From: Macrostomum lignano
Lineage: Eukaryota
NCBI GenBank assembly: GCA_002269645.1
Contig: NIVC01000184.1
Span: forward strand, 620,001 to 684,000
Direction of reading: 5' to 3'
DNA length: 64,000 nucleotides
Positions within the stretch are counted from its first letter, which is position 1. Each line of letters starts with the position of its first letter. Shown here piece after piece: positions 63,701 to 64,000 of this stretch. The translations under genes were made by a program, and so were the position numbers. Under the pieces are notes generated by a model, which saw only the letters and a program-made list of their open reading frames with translations, had not been told where the DNA came from and did no database searches.

Positions 63701-63807
63701 GAGCTTTGCAAAATGGAAGTGTTTAAGCCTACAATGCCAGTAGCATGGCCATTGTAAAAAACTCTTGGCATCAATCGAAGAAGAAAATGACTCTTCACGC
63801 TTATCAT
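56540..63807 (-). CDS. NDUFB11: NADH dehydrogenase 1 beta subcomplex subunit 11 (ESSS)-like
   Basis: The last exon 56827-56540 encodes DWIPHGYNPADKEDD, a single TM and EWVTREAYLELERRQRLGLPLVDRN, the recognisable ESSS C-terminal motif. A probable first exon 63807-63490 (MISVKSHFLLRLMPRVF..., presequence-like, ending GAG|GTAATG) matches phase 0. The exon link is inferred. Confidence 0.8.
57841..58488 (+). mobile_element. Possible solo-LTR-like segment
   Basis: TGTAAC...TGACA ends with internal CCTATAAATAC; no TSD or PBS confirmed. Confidence 0.3.
60165..61555 (+). repeat. 1.4-kb CT-rich polypyrimidine low-complexity tract
   Basis: Directly visible; source of the Leu/Ser ORFs 60140..61087 and 60330..61709. 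Confidence 0.97.
62400..63182 (-). mobile_element. Possible non-autonomous Helitron-like element (5' part), interrupted by a hAT MITE
   Basis: The minus strand begins ATCTCTACATATAAAAATC followed by (TCTG)/(TG) microsatellite, resembling small Helitron-type elements. 3' end not identified. Confidence 0.35.
62731..63131. mobile_element. hAT-type MITE, short copy (401 bp) of the 52218-53395 family
   Basis: Same TIRs and subterminal repeats; exact 8-bp TSD ACACAGAC (62723-62730, 63132-63139). Confidence 0.92.
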
Positions 63808-64000
63808 TGCAACTAAATAATTTAGTTCTAGTCTAGTTATAGATGGTTGCAGTAGAATTGACACTGGGCCCAGCTAAAGTAAGGTTGATTTGATAGAGAG
63901 GCTGGGATATAAAAGTACCTTCCACTTAATTGATAAATATTAGGCTAATAAAATGGTCAACTGCCTAGAAAAACGAAAACTATAAATTCAAATTACGATA

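Overview
Eukaryotic (animal) genomic DNA, not prokaryotic. GT-AG introns stuffed with simple and tandem repeats suggest a repeat-rich invertebrate such as the flatworm Macrostomum; this is an inference from architecture only. The minus strand carries four consecutive co-oriented genes: NDUFB11-like, WDR45/WIPI4-like, DDX42 and an AIG1/GIMAP-type GTPase. It also carries an uncharacterised GPI-anchored surface protein gene and a probable decayed polycystin-1-like gene. The plus strand has a PAN + C-type lectin pseudogene and an intronless 253-aa orphan ORF. About 25 tandem arrays are present, and almost every intron holds its own distinct minisatellite, so most long ORFs in the supplied track are repeat artefacts. 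The DNA-transposon landscape is rich: six hAT-type elements with exact 8-bp TSDs (one nested), a P-element relic with THAP remnant, a long-TIR foldback element, RTE fragments, an LTR with PPT and tRNA-derived SINEs. A dense TACATGTA cluster matches the Tc1-type excision footprint.
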